Shown: positions 21,405 through 34,879, numbered from the stretch's first letter. The stretch is DNA of 64,000 nt from Vulcanimicrobiota bacterium (GCA_963714015.1 OY970223.1:1120001-1184000); one strand, 5' to 3'. Translations and numbers: made by a program. Notes: generated by a model from the letters alone, not told the origin.

Positions 21405-22259
21405 ATGGCCGTTTCAATCGTCACCGACTCCACGTGCGATCTGAGCCCCGCGCAGGCAACTGCCCTGGGTATCGATCTGGTGCCCATTCTCGTTAAGTTC
21501 GCGAACGAGGAGTATCGTGACGGCGTCGATATTACGCTCGATGATTTCTACAAGCGGCTCGATCCGGACGGCGAGCTGCCCGTTACGGCGCCGCCCACAC
21601 CCGACGCCTTCGCGCAAATCTTTCGAAAACACGTGCAGGCCGGCAGAGAAGTCGTCTGTCCGACGGTCTCTTCCAAAATGTCGAAAATTTTCGAACTCGC
21701 GAGCGCGGCTGCAAAAGAATTCAACGGTAAGGTCCGGGTGATCGACACCAAGACGTTCTCGGGCGGGGTCGGGCTCATTTCGTCGGGAGCTGCGCGCCTT
21801 GCGCGCGCCGGAATGGATGCGCAGACGATTGCAGCGGCGATCGCCGGCTGGATCGAAACACAACGGGGTTTTGCGATCTATCCGGACTTGAAATTCATGG
21901 CCAAGAGTGGGCGCATCAACAAGGCGCAACTCGTCCTCGGGACCGTGATGCGCCTGTTTCCGGTAACGCGCGTAGCTTCCGACGGATCGCTCGAAGGAGA
22001 AACGACCGTGAAGTCGTGGGATCAAGCCAAAGAGATGCTGGCGAGCATCGCTTCGCGCAAGCTCGAGCGTCCCGCCCGTTCTCGCGTGTTCATAACCCAT
22101 ACCAACTCACCGGATCAGGCGAAATTCGTCGCAGAAGAGTTGCAAAAGAAAATCACCGTCACTCCGAAAGAACTAAGCATCTACGCGGCCGGCCCGACCA
22201 TCGGCGCGAACGTGGGGCCGGGTTCTCTCGGAGTCTTCATGCTCGAGGAAGCATCCTAA
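21405..22259 (+). CDS. DegV family fatty-acid-binding protein
   Basis: IVTDSTCDL, SSKMS, VIDT, GRI, GANVGPG. Confidence 0.92.
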   Translation: MAVSIVTDSTCDLSPAQATALGIDLVPILVKFANEEYRDGVDITLDDFYKRLDPDGELPVTAPPTPDAFAQIFRKHVQAGREVVCPTVSSKMSKIFELASAAAKEFNGKVRVIDTKTFSGGVGLISSGAARLARAGMDAQTIAAAIAGWIETQRGFAIYPDLKFMAKSGRINKAQLVLGTVMRLFPVTRVASDGSLEGETTVKSWDQAKEMLASIASRKLERPARSRVFITHTNSPDQAKFVAEELQKKITVTPKELSIYAAGPTIGANVGPGSLGVFMLEEAS

Positions 22260-22289
22260 GCACGCTGTCAGAAAGGCCGCCGAGCACTT

Positions 22290-23180
22290 CTAAGGCTCTT
22301 CTCGCAAAAATATCGCAATCGCAGCCAACACCAATATTGCTCCGGCGATTGCAGAGGCGCTCAAGCGCTCGCCGAATATTGCAAGTGCCAGCAGAGCCGC
22401 CACGATCGGTTCGACGAGCGTGCTGAAAGCCACGGCGCTTGCCGAGAACCAGCGCAGCGCTGCATTCATCGCGGTATGACCCAGTAACTGCGAGATCAGC
22501 GCCATCGCAAGAATTCCGCCCCACGCGGAAGCGTTCGTGAGCGGGGGCGGAGTTTGTCCGGCTGCCGCGCAGCCTGCAATAAGGATGATCGCCGACCAAC
22601 CGTAAGTGCGCGTGACGATCTCGCGCGTGCCATACGCCCCGCGCACCTCGCGTATCAATAGGAAATAGGCGCCGATGGCAATGGCGCCGGTTACGGCGAG
22701 TGTATCGCCAAGAAGGCGGTGGCCGGGCAGAGGCGGCACAACCGCGTTTGACCCGGTAATCAAGTAGACCCCAAGCCCGCCGCCCGCGATCGCCGCCCAA
22801 GACCAGATCGAAAGCGCGCGCCGCTGAGCGATCGACTCGAATAGTGCCGTCCATACCGGCGTCGTTGCCACGAGCAGTGTGGAGATCGCCACGCTGATGT
22901 ATTGAAGCGACCAAATCCACGTTGCGAAATGGATTGCAAGCGCAGCACCCGCAAGCAGAAATATGGGGCTGCGCGCAGTTTTGGCGGTCGAATGAACGTT
23001 CGCAGAGCGTCCGGCGAGCGCAATAACCCACAGTACCGCTGCTGCAATCGTCAACCGCAGTGCCGCTACTGCCAGCGGTCCCGCGCCGGTTAACGCAAGC
23101 CGCGCAAAAATTGCGGCGGCGCCGACAGCGACCTGAGCGCCGCCCAGAATGCCGTACCGAAGGGCTTTTCGAGCGGGCAT
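22290..23180 (-). CDS. EamA/DMT family transporter (start uncertain, 23180 or 23249)
   Basis: 10 TMs, SLQYISVA..TTP, LLGHT..N, LVEP..A. Confidence 0.88.
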   Translation of the reverse strand: MPARKALRYGILGGAQVAVGAAAIFARLALTGAGPLAVAALRLTIAAAVLWVIALAGRSANVHSTAKTARSPIFLLAGAALAIHFATWIWSLQYISVAISTLLVATTPVWTALFESIAQRRALSIWSWAAIAGGGLGVYLITGSNAVVPPLPGHRLLGDTLAVTGAIAIGAYFLLIREVRGAYGTREIVTRTYGWSAIILIAGCAAAGQTPPPLTNASAWGGILAMALISQLLGHTAMNAALRWFSASAVAFSTLVEPIVAALLALAIFGERLSASAIAGAILVLAAIAIFLREEP

Positions 23181-23274
23181 TGCGCCTCTCTTCGCAGCGG
23201 TAAGCGACCGACCTGGCGCATCGTCTTGACGCAAATCCAAGGGGGACATGCCGTGCTGATGCGGTAGTCTCTAT

Positions 23275-23362
23275 GCATACGCGGGAGCTCGCAAGGGCTG
23301 AGAGGGCCATATTCAGGCCGACCGCACGTAACCTGATCCCGGTAATGCGGGCGTAGGAAGGA
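23275..23362 (+). ncRNA. TPP riboswitch
   Basis: GGGAGC..GCTGAGA..ACCTGATCCCGGTAATGCGGGCGTAGGAAG consensus directly upstream of thiC. Confidence 0.93.
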
Positions 23363-23366
23363 GTAG

Positions 23367-25067
<1,701 letters not shown>

Positions 25068-25108
25068 GCGTGTGACCGGCAGGCCGAAGCCGGGTAGAAG
25101 CTTACTCG

Positions 25109-26410
25109 ATGAGCGTTGAAACGGCCGCACGCGGGGCGGTCCGCGAGCAAGACCGCGACCGCTCGCTGATCGGGCGGCTGAAGTGCCTGGGGCCGGGGCT
25201 GATCACGGGCGCCGCCGACGACGATCCTTCAGGTATCTCGACGTACTCCGTGGCCGGTGCTTCTACCGGCCTTTCGATGCTATGGCTCTCCCTCCTCACC
25301 ACGCCGATGATGGCTGTAATTCAAGGGATGTGCGCGCGCATCGGAATGGTAACCGGCGAAGGCCTGTCGGCAAATATTCGCAAGTCGGTGCCGGCGTGGA
25401 TCGCGTATCCCGTAGCGGCTGCCGTGATCGCTGCCAACACCTTCAACATCGGCGCGGACTTCGCCGGGATGTCGGCTTCGGCGAATATGGTGCTTCCTTG
25501 GGTCCCGACAAGCGTATGGGTGCTCGTCTTCGGTGTGACGCTCTTCGCCGGTATGATGTATCTCTCGTATCGGCGCCTGGCCGACACCATCAAATGGCTC
25601 ACGACTTGCCTTTTCGCGTACGTTGTCGCGGCTTTCATCGTGCGCCCGAACTGGGGCGCAGTGTTCCATCATCTGTTTGTTCCGGAGGTTCGCTTTAACC
25701 GGCAATGGCTAACGACGATGATGGGTGTGCTCGGCACGACGATTACGCCGTACCTCTTCTTCTGGCAGTCGTCCCTCGAAGTCGAAGAGGAAAAGTGCAT
25801 GGGACGCGTCACGGTGGCTCAGCGACGCGGCGCGCGTCCCGACGAGATCCGCGATGCGCACTTTGACGTGAACGCCGGAATGATTTACTCCAACGCCGTG
25901 ATGTTTTTTATCATCGCGACGACTGCCCTTACGCTTTTCGCACACGGAAAGACGAATATTCAAACTGCGCAAGACGCGGCGCGAGCGCTCGAGCCCCTGG
26001 CCGGACATTTTGCGGCGCTGCTTTTCACGCTTGGGATGGTCGGAACGGGATTGCTTGCGATTCCCGCGCTGGCAGGATCTTCCGCGTACGTCGCCGCTGA
26101 AACGTTCGGCTTTCGTTCCGGCGGATTGGACGAGAAACCCAGCCGCGCTCCTCGCTTCTACGCCGTGACCGGCGCCGGGTTGCTCATCGGGGTGCTGATG
26201 TGCCTTGCGCACATCGATCCCATTCGCGCGTTGTATTGGTCTGCGGTACTGAACGGAGTCGTCGCCGTTCCGCTGATTTTTCTGCTCGTGCGAATCGCCG
26301 GAGATACGGGCGTCATGGGCGAATGGGTCAGCTCCACATCCGCAAAGGTTTGGGGTTGGTTTACGTTCGTCCTGATGGGCCTTGCAGCCATTTCGATGTT
26401 CGCGATCTAA
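25109..26410 (+). CDS. NRAMP-family divalent metal transporter
   Basis: GPGLITGAADDDPSGISTYS, GTTITPYLFFWQ. Confidence 0.92.
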   Translation: MSVETAARGAVREQDRDRSLIGRLKCLGPGLITGAADDDPSGISTYSVAGASTGLSMLWLSLLTTPMMAVIQGMCARIGMVTGEGLSANIRKSVPAWIAYPVAAAVIAANTFNIGADFAGMSASANMVLPWVPTSVWVLVFGVTLFAGMMYLSYRRLADTIKWLTTCLFAYVVAAFIVRPNWGAVFHHLFVPEVRFNRQWLTTMMGVLGTTITPYLFFWQSSLEVEEEKCMGRVTVAQRRGARPDEIRDAHFDVNAGMIYSNAVMFFIIATTALTLFAHGKTNIQTAQDAARALEPLAGHFAALLFTLGMVGTGLLAIPALAGSSAYVAAETFGFRSGGLDEKPSRAPRFYAVTGAGLLIGVLMCLAHIDPIRALYWSAVLNGVVAVPLIFLLVRIAGDTGVMGEWVSSTSAKVWGWFTFVLMGLAAISMFAI

Positions 26411-26461
26411 CGGTCATCTGGTTGCGCGCGGCCTGCCACTCGTGTATTCAGAATACCTTAT

Positions 26462-26953
26462 ATGAAAGTATGCGGCGTCATCTTCGACAGGGACGGCACG
26501 ATCGTGTTCGACGTTCCTTATAACGGCGATCCGGATGCGGTTCGACCGGTGCCCGGCATGCGCGATGCGTTGGACCGTTTGCGCGGGGCGGGCATTCCCG
26601 TTGCGGTCGTTTCCAATCAGAGCGGCGTAGCGCGTGGAATGATTACGACCGATCAGGTCGAGGCGGTAAACCGGAGAATCGACGCGCTCATGGGCCCGTT
26701 TTCGGCCTGGCTGTACTGTCCGCACGGTCCGGACGACGCTTGCGATTGCCGCAAGCCGAAACCGAAGATGATCTTAGACGCCGCTCAAGGCATGGGCGCA
26801 GACGTGACGTGCTGTGTCGTGATCGGTGACAAAGCCAGCGACGTCGAAGCCGCGCGCAGTGCCGGTGCGAGGAGTATTCTGGTCAGCGGTCCGCTCGAAG
26901 CCGTAGCGGCTATCGAGACGCTGCTGTCCAATATGTCAGATCGGGCGAAATAG
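26462..26953 (+). CDS. HAD-IIIA phosphatase (GmhB-like)
   Basis: DRDGT, SNQSG, CPH..CDCRKPKP, IGDK..D. Confidence 0.9.
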   Translation: MKVCGVIFDRDGTIVFDVPYNGDPDAVRPVPGMRDALDRLRGAGIPVAVVSNQSGVARGMITTDQVEAVNRRIDALMGPFSAWLYCPHGPDDACDCRKPKPKMILDAAQGMGADVTCCVVIGDKASDVEAARSAGARSILVSGPLEAVAAIETLLSNMSDRAK

Positions 26954-27569
26954 AACCAGCCGCTATCGCGCTCGTGCGTACGGCGGGGCGCAGTTTGGGA
27001 ATGTGCACGACCGACCTGATCAGGTGCCATGCGCTCATCACTTTGACGACGTAGTTTTGCGTCTCGGCGTACGGAGGAATGCCGCCGAACTGGGCGACCG
27101 CCTTGGGTCCGGCGTTGTACGCCGCAAACGTAAGAGCGTAGCGGTTGGGCTTGCTCCGATAGCGCGTCAGCAATCCATAAAGGTAACGCGCCGCGCCTTG
27201 AAGATTTTGATACGGATCGGCCGGATCGACGTGAAGATTCGCCGCCGTGCCGGGCATCAGCTGTCCAAGACCGATTGCACCGGCCCAGGAACGCGCGTGC
27301 GTATGCCAAGCGGACTCGACCGATACCAGTGCGACGAGCATGTTGGCATCGATTTTCCAGCGGTCGGCGTTGATCAGAAGATGCTTGGCGAGATCCTGGC
27401 TTTGCCAAACCGGCATCTGCGGATTAATCTTGCGCAGAACTCGGCCGTACGCGCGCACCGCCCCCGGATTACCCGGTGTGACGGCAGGAGCGGCCGAAGC
27501 GGGAAGGGCTGCGGACATGCAAAGCATGATTCCAAGTCCCGTAACGAACGGGGCAATGAAACGAGGCAT
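26910..27569 (-). CDS. lytic transglycosylase (SLT domain)
   Basis: VES..S.AGAIGLGQLMP..AAYNAGP..IPPYAETQNYV. Confidence 0.92.
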   Translation of the reverse strand: MPRFIAPFVTGLGIMLCMSAALPASAAPAVTPGNPGAVRAYGRVLRKINPQMPVWQSQDLAKHLLINADRWKIDANMLVALVSVESAWHTHARSWAGAIGLGQLMPGTAANLHVDPADPYQNLQGAARYLYGLLTRYRSKPNRYALTFAAYNAGPKAVAQFGGIPPYAETQNYVVKVMSAWHLIRSVVHIPKLRPAVRTSAIAAGSISPDLTYWTAASR

Positions 27570-27648
27570 CGGCGGGGGATACGCTCCCTGGCGGGAGGGT
27601 CCTTGTGAGTAACGTCGCAAGGCGGCCCGGATGGGACGCTATTCCGGC

Positions 27649-27798
27649 ATGTCCCCTCGTGCGCGGCGCGCTTGGGGCTACGGGCTTATCGCATTCTTTA
27701 TAGTCATGTGCGGAATGATCGCCTTCTCGCAGTGGTGGGCGTACCACGTCAACGTGCCGGCGTACGAACGCGCCGAACAGAGTTCGCCGAAGCACTGA
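27649..27798 (+). CDS. 49-aa single-pass membrane small protein
   Basis: MSPRARRAWGYGLIAFFIVMCGMIAFSQWWAYHVNVPAYERAEQSSPKH; below ORF-track cutoff; fills the intergenic gap. Confidence 0.6.
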   Translation: MSPRARRAWGYGLIAFFIVMCGMIAFSQWWAYHVNVPAYERAEQSSPKH

Positions 27799-27887
27799 GG
27801 CGTCGGCGTGCCGCCATATTGGCAGCAGTCTATGCCCTCGAGCACTTTTGCTTGCGCCGGCGCATTTCGTTCCCTAGAATAACGTGA

Positions 27888-30800
27888 ATGCGACGCTATT
27901 TTTTTGCTTTCGTTTTCGCACTCTTCGCTGCAGCCGGAGGATCGGCGTTCGCGCAATCGAGTCCGTCGCCGCAGCCAAGTCCTTCGCCGCGCGAGAATCC
28001 GCCCAAGCCCGCTAATCCGACGCCAACGCCGAGTCCCTCGCCTACGCCGGGGCCGCCGTGGTCCGGCATTCACTGGCGGGAGATCGGTCCGGCGCTGCCC
28101 GGCGGACGCGTCGCAGCCGTTGCGGGATCGGCGTCGGATTCTAAGCCTGTACTATTTGGGTTCGGCCGGCGGCGGCGTTTGGAAATCGCAAGACGGCGGT
28201 GAAACGTGGCAGCCGGTCTTCGAAAAAGAAGACGTTTCGGCCATCGGCGCGGTCGAGATCGATCCGCAGAAGAACGACACCGTTTGGGTTGGAACGGGTG
28301 AAAGCAATCCGCGCAACGACGTCAGCTACGGCGACGGCGTATACAAATCCACGGACGGCGGCAAGACCTGGAAAAACATGGGTCTTCGAGCCACGCGGCA
28401 CATCTCGCGTATCCTGATCGATCCGCATGATTCCAACCACGTTATCGTCGGTGCGCTCGGCGATGTTTTCGGTCCGAGCCAGGATCGCGGCGTGTACGTT
28501 ACGACCGACGGCGGCCAGACGTGGAAGAAGACGCTGTATCTGAGCGATCAAAGCGGCGCTTCGGACTTGGCGATGGATGTGCAGAATCCGAACGTGATTT
28601 ACGCGGGTATGTGGCACTTTTTGCGCCGTCCTTGGACGTTTACGAGCGGCGGTGAGGACGACGGTCTATTCAAGTCGACCGACGGCGGTCAAACTTGGAC
28701 GAAGCTTACGGGACATGGTTTGCCTTCGGGAATCGTCGGCAGAATCGGCCTCGCGGTAGCACCCAGCGACGGAAAGAGCGTCTACGCGCTCATCGAATCG
28801 AAAGAGGGCATTCTGTGGCGTTCGAAAGACGCCGGCGCGACGTGGACGATGGTCAGCAACGACACTCTCGTCGATCAGCGGCCTTTCTATTTCACGCACA
28901 TCGCCGTCGATCCGAAGAATCCCGAAAAGGTTTACGGCGTCTCCGAAATGCTCTCGGATTCAACGAACGGCGGCAAGAAGTTCACCGAGATCGCTCGTGA
29001 CGTTCACGTGGATTATCACGCGATTTGGATTGCGCCGAACGATCCGAACCGGATCATCGTGGGTGAGGACGGCGGCATCGCCCGTACAGTCGACGGCGGC
29101 GATAATTGGTTCTTTGGACGCAACATCCCGATCGGCGAAGTCTATCGCGTCGCGGTTTCAAACGAGAATCCGTATTGGGTTTGCGGAGGATGGCAGGACA
29201 ACAACGGATGGTGCGGACCGAACAATTCGCTTGACCCTTCGGGCTTGCTCAACAAATATTGGATCGCTTCGACGGGAGGCGACGGCGAATGGTCCGTTAT
29301 CGATCCAATCGATCCCAACTGGTTGTGGGCGGATTCGGAGAACGGCTCGATCAGCGTGTACAACAAAGTCACCAAAGACAGCATCGGCGGGATGCCGTAT
29401 TTGCAAACCGGCCTCGAGCAATATAATCTCTCGCTCTCCAAGTATCGCTACAATTGGGAGTCCCCGATCGCGTTCGCGCCGTGGGATGGACACATCGGTT
29501 GGCTCGGCGGGAACGTCATTTTTCAAACGACGGATCGCGGAATCCACTGGACGGTGATCAGCCCCGATCTGACGTTGAACGACAAAGCCCATCAGCAGCC
29601 TTCGGGCGGGCCGCTTGTGCACGACGTCTCCGGTGCGGAGTATTCCGATACCATCCTGGACATCGAGGGCTCGACGTTGCACAAAGGCGAGATCTGGGTC
29701 GGTACCGACGACGGTCTGGTTCAGCTCACTCGCGACGGCGGAAAACACTGGAAGAACGTTACGCCGCCGGGACTTGCGCCTTACGGACGTTTCGAAACGG
29801 TCGCTCCTTCTACGCTTCACGACGGCACCGCCTATGCGGCGCTCGACCGCCATTTCATGGGCGATTTCCGGCCGTATCTATTCGTTACGAACGATTTCGG
29901 TGCGCATTGGACGCCCCTCGTCAGCAATTTACCGCAGGACCAGTTCGCGCGAACGATTCGTCAGGACATTCGCAATCCGCAGATCGTCTATGCGGGAACC
30001 GAAAACGGCATGTGGGTGAGTTTCGACGGCGGCCGCAAATGGAACGACTTCCGCAACAACATTCCCGCGGTTTCAATCCACGACATTCGCTTTCAGCCGC
30101 AGTGGGACGATCTGGTCATCGCTACGCACGGCCGGGCGATTTACATTATGGACGACATTCGTCCGATTCAGAACCTTCCCGCCGCAATGGCTCAAGGTTA
30201 CGCGTTCTTCGGGCCGCGCACGGCATACCAATACAATATGCACTCCGACGATGAGGGCATTTACACGGACTATGCCGGAAAGAATCCGCCCAACGGCGCC
30301 CTGATCTACTTCTATCAGAAGAACGCTCCAAAAGCTGCGCCGGAAATTCAAATCTTGGACGCGCACCGCAGCCTGATCCGCACTATTTCGGGGACGCACA
30401 AAGTCAACGGCAAAGATCAGCCCTATATCCCGAACAAAGTCGGGATCAACTCGTTCGTATGGGATTTCAGCATCGATGGTCCCGTCAAGTGGTACGGCGC
30501 CGCCAAAGAACGCTATCAAGGTCCGGATCACGGCCCGACTGTGCCGCCCGGCACCTATTTCGCGCGTATGACTCTGGGCGGACGAACTTACACGGACCGC
30601 TTCGCCGTCAAGGCCGACCCGCGCACGAAGATCACGCAGGCGGAGCTCCTCCAATCATTCGACTTCTCCAAACTGTGGATGCACCGTTTCTCCGTCGTGG
30701 ATACGATGCTCAATAACCTTGACGCCGTCCGCAAGCAACTCCAGTCCGTCAAAGCGGCGAATCTTTCCGCTCAAGCAAAAGCCGATCTGGACCGGCGGGA

Positions 30801-31056
30801 TACTCTATTTCATGAATTGACCGCCGACTACCACAACGACGAAGATTCTATCCAGCGTCCCGGCGCTTTGAGGGAAGACATCCAAGGGTTGGGCTACCAG
30901 AGCGGAAGCATCTTGGCGCCTCCGGTGATTGCCTTCGCCAAACGGATAGAGGCGAACTATCGTAAGGCGATAGGCGATTACAATGCGTTTGCCGCCTCGG
31001 TAGCGCCGCTGGTGACGTCGCTGCACGAAAAGGCGCCGGCGCAGGTGAGCCCGTAG
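27888..31056 (+). CDS. secreted BNR/VPS10-type beta-propeller glycosyl-hydrolase-like protein (apparent +1 frameshift at 28146)
   Basis: signal peptide, WREIGPALPGGR, many S/TxDGGxTW BNR repeats. Confidence 0.88.
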
Positions 31057-31079
31057 CGTCAAACGGTCTGCGCGGCTGG

Positions 31080-32300
31080 GTGCTGCGTATATCGATCGGC
31101 GGCTGGTTCGAGTTGTACGACCTGTTCATGACGGCGTACGTCTCGCTCGGGCTGATTCGCGAGAAGCTTTTCGTAGCCGCAGCACCCTCCGCATTCGCCT
31201 CGAACGCCTTCGGCACGTTCGTCGCGTCCGGCTTTGCCGGAATGTTTGCCGGAACGCTGGTCTTCAGCTGGATCTCCGACCGCTTCGGACGGCGCGCAAC
31301 ATTCACGTACTCGCTGGTGTGGTACTCCGCTGCCACGCTCGTTATGGCGTTCATGCACAGTGCTCCGGCTATCGATCTCTGGCGGTTCATCGCCGGAATC
31401 GGCATCGGCGTACAATTGGTGACGATAGATTCGTACATCTCCGAACTGGCGCCGAAAGAGGAACGCGGGTACTGGATAGCGTTCTCGCAGTTCATCGGGT
31501 ACTTGGCAATCCCGTTTGCGGCGCTGCTGGCGTATTTGCTCGTTCCGCGTGAACTCGCGGGCTTGGCGGGATGGCGCTACGTCGTCATGGCGGGAGCGCT
31601 CGGCGGAATCGCCGTGTGGTTTTTGCGCCGCGGCTTGCCCGAATCGCCGCGCTGGGTTCAGCAGCGCGCGCAAGGACACTGCCCGACACCGTTGGAGGCG
31701 GTCGGAACGATCTTTGCCGCGCCGCTGCGCACGCGCACGATCATGCTCGTCGTCTTTAATTTCATGCAGACCATCGGTTTTTACGGCTTTACGTCATGGG
31801 TACCGGTGCTGCTGGCAAGCGAGGGCGTTACGTTTACCAAATCGCTGCTCTACACGCTCATCATGGCGCTCATCAATCCGGCCGGTCCGCTCATCGCGAT
31901 GCGGTACGCCGACAGATTGGAACGTAAGTGGCAGATCGTCTGGCTCGCCGGCGTGATCGCTGCCGGCGGTCTCGCGTTTTCAGCAGCCCGGGCGCCGATC
32001 GCCGTAATCGTCTGCGGAGCAGTCGTGACGCTCGCTAATGCTTGGTTTTCGTGCGTATTCCACAGCTATCAAGCGGAGCTGTACCCTACGCGCGTGCGCG
32101 CTCAAGCCGTGGGCTTCGTTTACTCGTGGAGCCGCTTCAGCTCGATATTCGCCGGGTTTCTCATCGGTGCCGTGCTGGCATCGTACGGCACGCGCGGCGT
32201 GTTTACCGCAATCGCCCTTGCCATGACGATCGCCGCGTGTTCGGTGGGTTTCTTCGGCATCCGGACGAACCGCATCGCCTTGGAAAATCTTTCAGTCTGA
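31080..32300 (+). CDS. MFS transporter (AAHS/YdjE-like)
   Basis: FELYD, SDRFGRR, SYISELAP..RG, AELYPTRVRA. Confidence 0.9.
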   Translation: MLRISIGGWFELYDLFMTAYVSLGLIREKLFVAAAPSAFASNAFGTFVASGFAGMFAGTLVFSWISDRFGRRATFTYSLVWYSAATLVMAFMHSAPAIDLWRFIAGIGIGVQLVTIDSYISELAPKEERGYWIAFSQFIGYLAIPFAALLAYLLVPRELAGLAGWRYVVMAGALGGIAVWFLRRGLPESPRWVQQRAQGHCPTPLEAVGTIFAAPLRTRTIMLVVFNFMQTIGFYGFTSWVPVLLASEGVTFTKSLLYTLIMALINPAGPLIAMRYADRLERKWQIVWLAGVIAAGGLAFSAARAPIAVIVCGAVVTLANAWFSCVFHSYQAELYPTRVRAQAVGFVYSWSRFSSIFAGFLIGAVLASYGTRGVFTAIALAMTIAACSVGFFGIRTNRIALENLSV

Positions 32301-33117
32301 CGTCAACCGTTTTACGAAAAGCGCATGGTTGAAAGAACCGCCGCCGCCGAAACGCACGGCGATCAGCTGCATTGAAGGAATGATGTAGAGCGCCTGACCG
32401 CCCGAACCGCTTGCGTAAAACAAATCCGGCGGAGTATTCGGAAATGCAAGCCACCAGCCCAAACCGTACCGCGGGTTGGCTTGAGATCCGATGAACGCTT
32501 GCGCATAGTCGTCGTAATGCTGCAAAACGCGGCGACCGTATGCGAGCCAGTTGCGCGCGGTGAGGAACGCGCCGGTGGGCAGCGGCTGCGATCCATCGCC
32601 GAGCGTGCGCCAGCGCGCTACAGTGATGCCGTTCGGATCCAAAATCCGCGAGTGGAGAAATTGGTGCGGCGTCATTTGCAGCGTTTGCAGTTTTCGCGCG
32701 AAGACGGCGCCGAAAGCCTGCAGCGGAATTCCGCCGTACGTGAAGACGGTGCCGGGCTCGTTCCGCAGCTCGGTTGCCAGGGCTTTTTCGTACGGCGGCA
32801 CGGCGGATCCCAAACCCCCGAACGGCAACCCTGCAGTAAGCTGAAGCAGACTGGCGCAGCGTCACGCGATTCTTCCACGGGTCTTCGCTCCACGAAGCGA
32901 TCGTTTGCGCGACCGCTTCGTCCAACCCGAGCAGCCCTTCGGATTGCGCAGTCAGCGCCGCAATCCCCCAAAAGCTCTTCGTTCCGCTATAGAGCGCGTG
33001 GGGCGTGCCGGCGCTCATTCCGGGAGCATATGACTCATGTTCGATAACTCCGCTGCGCTCGATGACGAGCGCCTGCGGCTTGAATCGTTGATGATAATCA
33101 ATCGCGGATTGCGGCAT
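32292..33117 (-). CDS. serine hydrolase, beta-lactamase family (apparent +1 frameshift at 32850)
   Basis: SGTKS (SxxK), VTLRQ[L]LQLTAG, PGTVFTY, YGLGWW, GSGGQ. Confidence 0.85.
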
Positions 33118-33192
33118 ACTCCTGGTGTTCTACGCGTTGAGCGCCGTGCTTCTGCAAGGTCGTCTCTGCGCGTCCGGAAGAAAGACGATGTG

Positions 33193-34164
33193 ATGAAGGC
33201 GCTTGTGCACCACGCCGGCCGGCGCGGCGAGCTGGCACTCGAGGACCGGCCAAAGCCGGAGCCGGGAAAAGGCGAGATTCTGCTGCGCGTGATTGCCTGC
33301 GGGGTTTGCCGTACGGATCTGCACGTTATCGACGAAGAACTGCCGCCGCTGCGCGATTCGATCGTGCCCGGCCATCAGATTGTTGGTCAGCGTGAGGACG
33401 GCACGCGCTTAGGCGTTTCGTGGATAGGCGGCGTCGACGGGAGCTGCGAGTATTGCAAAGCGGACGAAGAGAATCTGTGCGACGCACCCGTCTTTACCGG
33501 ATACGGTCGCGACGGCGGATACGCGGAGTACGTCACCGTGCGGGAAGATTTTACGTACGAGCTGCCCCCGGGCTTGGCGGCAGGGGAGGCCGCACCGCTG
33601 CTTTGCGCAGGGATCATCGGCTTTCGATCGCTGCGTATCGCAGGCGTCCGTCCGGGAGAACGCGTCGGGCTCTTCGGATTCGGTGCGTCGGCGCATCTGG
33701 TGCTGCAAGTGCTCAAAGCGTGGGGCTGCGAAGTGTTCGTTTCGACCAGAGGTGCGGCGCACCGTGAACTTGCGCGAAAACTAGGCGCCGTCTGGACCGG
33801 CGAGGCAACGGAACGGCCTCCGCGCGAATTGCACCGAGCGGTAACGTTTGCGCCGGCCGGCGACGTCGTCCTCACCGCGTTGGCTTCGTTGCGCAAGGGA
33901 GGCGTCGTGTCGATCAACGCCATCCATCTCGATCGAATTCCGGAGCTTGACTACGATCGGCTTTTGTGGGGCGAGCGGTCCATTCGCAGCGTTGCCAACA
34001 TGACCCGGGACGACGCGCGCGAATTCTTGGCGTTGGCCGCGGCCGAAGGCATACGCGCACAGACGCAGTCTTTCGATTTGGAAGAGGGTCCACAAGCGCT
34101 GAACGCGCTGCGCCGTGATGGAATCGATGGGGCGGCTGTTCTCTTCCCGCACGCGCGGGTATAA
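33193..34164 (+). CDS. zinc-dependent alcohol dehydrogenase family protein
   Basis: [33 protein letters not shown]. Confidence 0.92.
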   Translation: MKALVHHAGRRGELALEDRPKPEPGKGEILLRVIACGVCRTDLHVIDEELPPLRDSIVPGHQIVGQREDGTRLGVSWIGGVDGSCEYCKADEENLCDAPVFTGYGRDGGYAEYVTVREDFTYELPPGLAAGEAAPLLCAGIIGFRSLRIAGVRPGERVGLFGFGASAHLVLQVLKAWGCEVFVSTRGAAHRELARKLGAVWTGEATERPPRELHRAVTFAPAGDVVLTALASLRKGGVVSINAIHLDRIPELDYDRLLWGERSIRSVANMTRDDAREFLALAAAEGIRAQTQSFDLEEGPQALNALRRDGIDGAAVLFPHARV

Positions 34165-34171
34165 TTTCAAG

Positions 34172-34612
34172 ATGAGCCGCGCCTTCGTGAAAGAGGACCG
34201 CGGCGACAAGGAACCCGTCGCCCCGCGCCTTCAGCGTCAGCACCCGTATTACGTGACCCCCCAGGGGGTAGCGCAACTGAATGCGCGCCTAACGGAGGCC
34301 CGTAAGGCAGGCAACACCCGCGAAGCGGAAGATCTTCAGGAGCGCTTGGATTCGGCGATCGTCATCGACCCTGCACGGCAAGAAGAAGGCGCCGTGCATT
34401 TCGGCGCCCGCGTAACGGTCGAAGATTCTAAGAAGCAGCGCCAAGTCTATCAAATCGTCGGAGAGGATGAAGCGGACCCGCTGAGCGGAACGATCAGCTG
34501 GCTTTCGCCGCTGGCCCGGGCGCTGATGGAGCATCGGGAGGGAGATCGCGTCATTTGGGAACGTCCCGCGGGCAATCTCCCTCTGCGAATCGTCGGTATC
34601 AAGTACCGATAA
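34172..34612 (+). CDS. GreA/GreB family elongation factor (short form)
   Basis: MSRAFVKE..YVTPQG..VHFGARV..IVGEDEAD..ISWLSPLARAL. Confidence 0.9.
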   Translation: MSRAFVKEDRGDKEPVAPRLQRQHPYYVTPQGVAQLNARLTEARKAGNTREAEDLQERLDSAIVIDPARQEEGAVHFGARVTVEDSKKQRQVYQIVGEDEADPLSGTISWLSPLARALMEHREGDRVIWERPAGNLPLRIVGIKYR

Positions 34613-34618
34613 GTACGG

Positions 34619-34879
34619 TTATTTCGGGTTGTAAGCGACGCACCAGCCGTTCGGGCTAATCGATCCGGCGACGATTTTGCACGCGCCCATCGACTTGGCT
34701 GTCTTTCCTGGAATGAAGAGTTTGCAGCCGGCGCATTTCTGTTTGCCGTGCGGGTGATCCTGATACTTGAGGGCCGCTTTTGACGATTTGGCGTCGGCTT
34801 CGAGCGTGGTTACGCCCACTGCCGCGGCCAGCGCGGGCAGCACAAGCGTTTTGAGCGCTTGTTCGCGGGTGATTTTCAT
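34619..34879 (-). CDS. high-potential iron-sulfur protein (small HiPIP)
   Basis: KAALKYQD.P..KCAGC..F..GACKIVAG.ISPNGWC HiPIP cysteine pattern; signal peptide. Confidence 0.9.
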   Translation of the reverse strand: MKITREQALKTLVLPALAAAVGVTTLEADAKSSKAALKYQDHPHGKQKCAGCKLFIPGKTAKSMGACKIVAGSISPNGWCVAYNPK

